DNA of 64,000 nucleotides from Thalia democratica (Eukaryota): NCBI GenBank assembly GCA_965202585.1, contig OZ241833.1, positions 17,794,001 to 17,858,000 of the forward strand, read 5' to 3'. Shown piece by piece: positions 62,502 to 64,000 of this stretch (position 1 is its first letter; each line of letters starts with the position of its first letter). The notes under the pieces were generated by a model. It saw only the letters and a program-made list of their open reading frames with translations, ran no database searches and was not told where the DNA came from. The position numbers and the translations under genes were made by a program.

Positions 62502-63434
62502 ATGTCTAAAATAAAGTCCGTTGATGCGAAAGTTGTGATTGAGTGCGAATATACCACTAGACCCGGTGCGAAAAAGGAGTACCAAAAAATTGTTTCATAC
62601 AGGAGAAGCAAATCAGCTAAGGAGAAAGTAGACCAGTACTCGGGAAGCGTTGAGATCAGCGCCAAATACAAAAACCCAGCTTTTGAGGTTTCGGGTGCCG
62701 TTAAAACCAGTTGGAACAACACTCATTCCTTCTCCACTTCGACTGAAGACGAAGAGATGACTTCCAATGAATCGTTTAAGGAGTATTACGATGACGTGAC
62801 ACTGCTGATCAGATCGCTCAAGTTTAGATATGTCATTGAAGACGTGATGGTTGAAAATAAAGAAGAAGTTATTGTGCTGAATCTAAAAAATAGTTACTCT
62901 GTAGATCAACTTTACCAAGAAGCTAAAAAGTACATGAAAAAGAGGTATGGAGCTGAAAACTCAACAGTTTTGGAAATTCCTATAATACTACAGAAAGAAA
63001 TCTATGTTAAATGGGAAACTTTTAACAGAGGTGACGTCTTACCAAAAAACGCTGTTTATGCAGGCAATACAAGTAGCGACGGCGCTGTATACATTGGACG
63101 AGTAGAAAATACTCCCGGTAAGGTTAATTTAGACGACGGTAAAATATGGAACTATTGGTTACATGGTTATAACAGTAGACAATCGGGTGAAATATTACTT
63201 ACCAACGGTGATTGTAAATGGGTAAGAGTAAAAAGGTACGACGCGTTCCCTAAAAACGCTGTATTTTCAGGACGGGATTACCAGAACGACAAAGTCTGGA
63301 TCGGTAAATCGGTCAGTGGGGAGCCTGGAAAGATAACGTGCGAAAATAATGACGCTACGCCTTCTAAGATGTGGAATTTGTGGACTCACAGCGGGGGTCG
63401 CTCAGAGTTTTGTGAAGTGCTGACCATCACATAA
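62502..63434 (+). CDS. Intronless 310-aa protein: putative beta-pore-forming-like N-terminal domain plus two C-terminal DM9 (DUF3421/natterin-type lectin) repeats
   Basis: Repeats KWETFNRGDVLPKNAVYAGNTSSDGAVYIGRV...PGKV and KWVRVKRYDAFPKNAVFSGRDYQNDKVWIGKS...PGKI fit the DM9 consensus (W...P.NAV.GG...G..LYIGR...PGK). The N-terminus has a Ser/Thr-rich amphipathic hairpin at aa 46-81. No signal peptide. The DM9 call is stronger than the pore-forming call. Confidence 0.85.
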   Translation: MSKIKSVDAKVVIECEYTTRPGAKKEYQKIVSYRRSKSAKEKVDQYSGSVEISAKYKNPAFEVSGAVKTSWNNTHSFSTSTEDEEMTSNESFKEYYDDVTLLIRSLKFRYVIEDVMVENKEEVIVLNLKNSYSVDQLYQEAKKYMKKRYGAENSTVLEIPIILQKEIYVKWETFNRGDVLPKNAVYAGNTSSDGAVYIGRVENTPGKVNLDDGKIWNYWLHGYNSRQSGEILLTNGDCKWVRVKRYDAFPKNAVFSGRDYQNDKVWIGKSVSGEPGKITCENNDATPSKMWNLWTHSGGRSEFCEVLTIT

Positions 63435-64000
63435 ACTCGAAACTTATCTTTTTGTTTGTACCTTACGTATCCTGAATTGAAAAAATAAATGTGCTATTTT
63501 TCAATATAAATACTTTTCAACTTTTTATTTTTGAATTTAATTTCTACAACAGGTTGTACAAGCTTTATTAAATAACTTTTTTTTTAATAACTTGAGTTTT
63601 ATTGACACATGATAGCTTTATCTTACTTAAAATAAATAAATTGTATATACAACGATATTTTAAAACAATTGTTTTAGCTTAAATTAATTACTTATACTTT
63701 TTTAGTAGGAGGGCAAAGATTAGAAATAAAAATTCCCAAGTCTGAGTTGCTCAAAAAGAAAATTTTGCATAAAATTTAAAAAGTCATATGGTTCAAGAAC
63801 TGTATAAAAGTTCAACTGTAACGAAACAGTCCACTAAGAATCGTTGTTAGTCTCTTCTTAGAATCAAACTAAGACGACAATAGAAAATATTTTTATAAAA
63901 AATATTTTAATAGTTTTTATCAACTTTTTCAAACTCAAAACATATTTTTCAAGTCGTACGATTCCCACCCCTACTTTTAAAAATATTATGTAGTTTAACT

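Overview
Very AT-rich eukaryotic (invertebrate) DNA with GT-AG introns. The gene and transposon types would fit a hydrozoan cnidarian such as Hydra, but the taxon is an inference. I reconstructed five protein-coding genes by hand. (1) A PIM-family-like kinase on the minus strand: at least 4 exons at 1069-11607, with its 3' end outside the window, a 725-codon basic first exon and a degenerate Gly-rich loop. (2) A 3-exon claudin/PMP22-like tetraspan protein on the plus strand (29707-31764). (3) A class A GPCR of at least 6 exons on the minus strand (40792-46116), carrying EDG/S1P/LPA/cannabinoid-receptor-like signatures and a six-Cys extracellular loop 2. (4) An intronless type-I membrane-anchored S1 serine protease on the minus strand (49628-50884) with no apparent activation peptide. 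(5) An intronless 310-aa protein on the plus strand (62502-63434) with a predicted beta-pore-forming-like N-terminus and two C-terminal DM9 repeats, the reverse of the natterin domain order; this is the best candidate for something undescribed. Mobile DNA includes two decayed Penelope-like elements (one with a minimal hammerhead), an internally deleted LTR retrotransposon, several hAT/Buster MITEs and remnants, a ~740-bp local duplication and a ~235-bp hairpin with hammerhead-like motifs. No rRNA, tRNA or CRISPR array was recognised. All homology calls come from motif recognition by eye; no database search was run.
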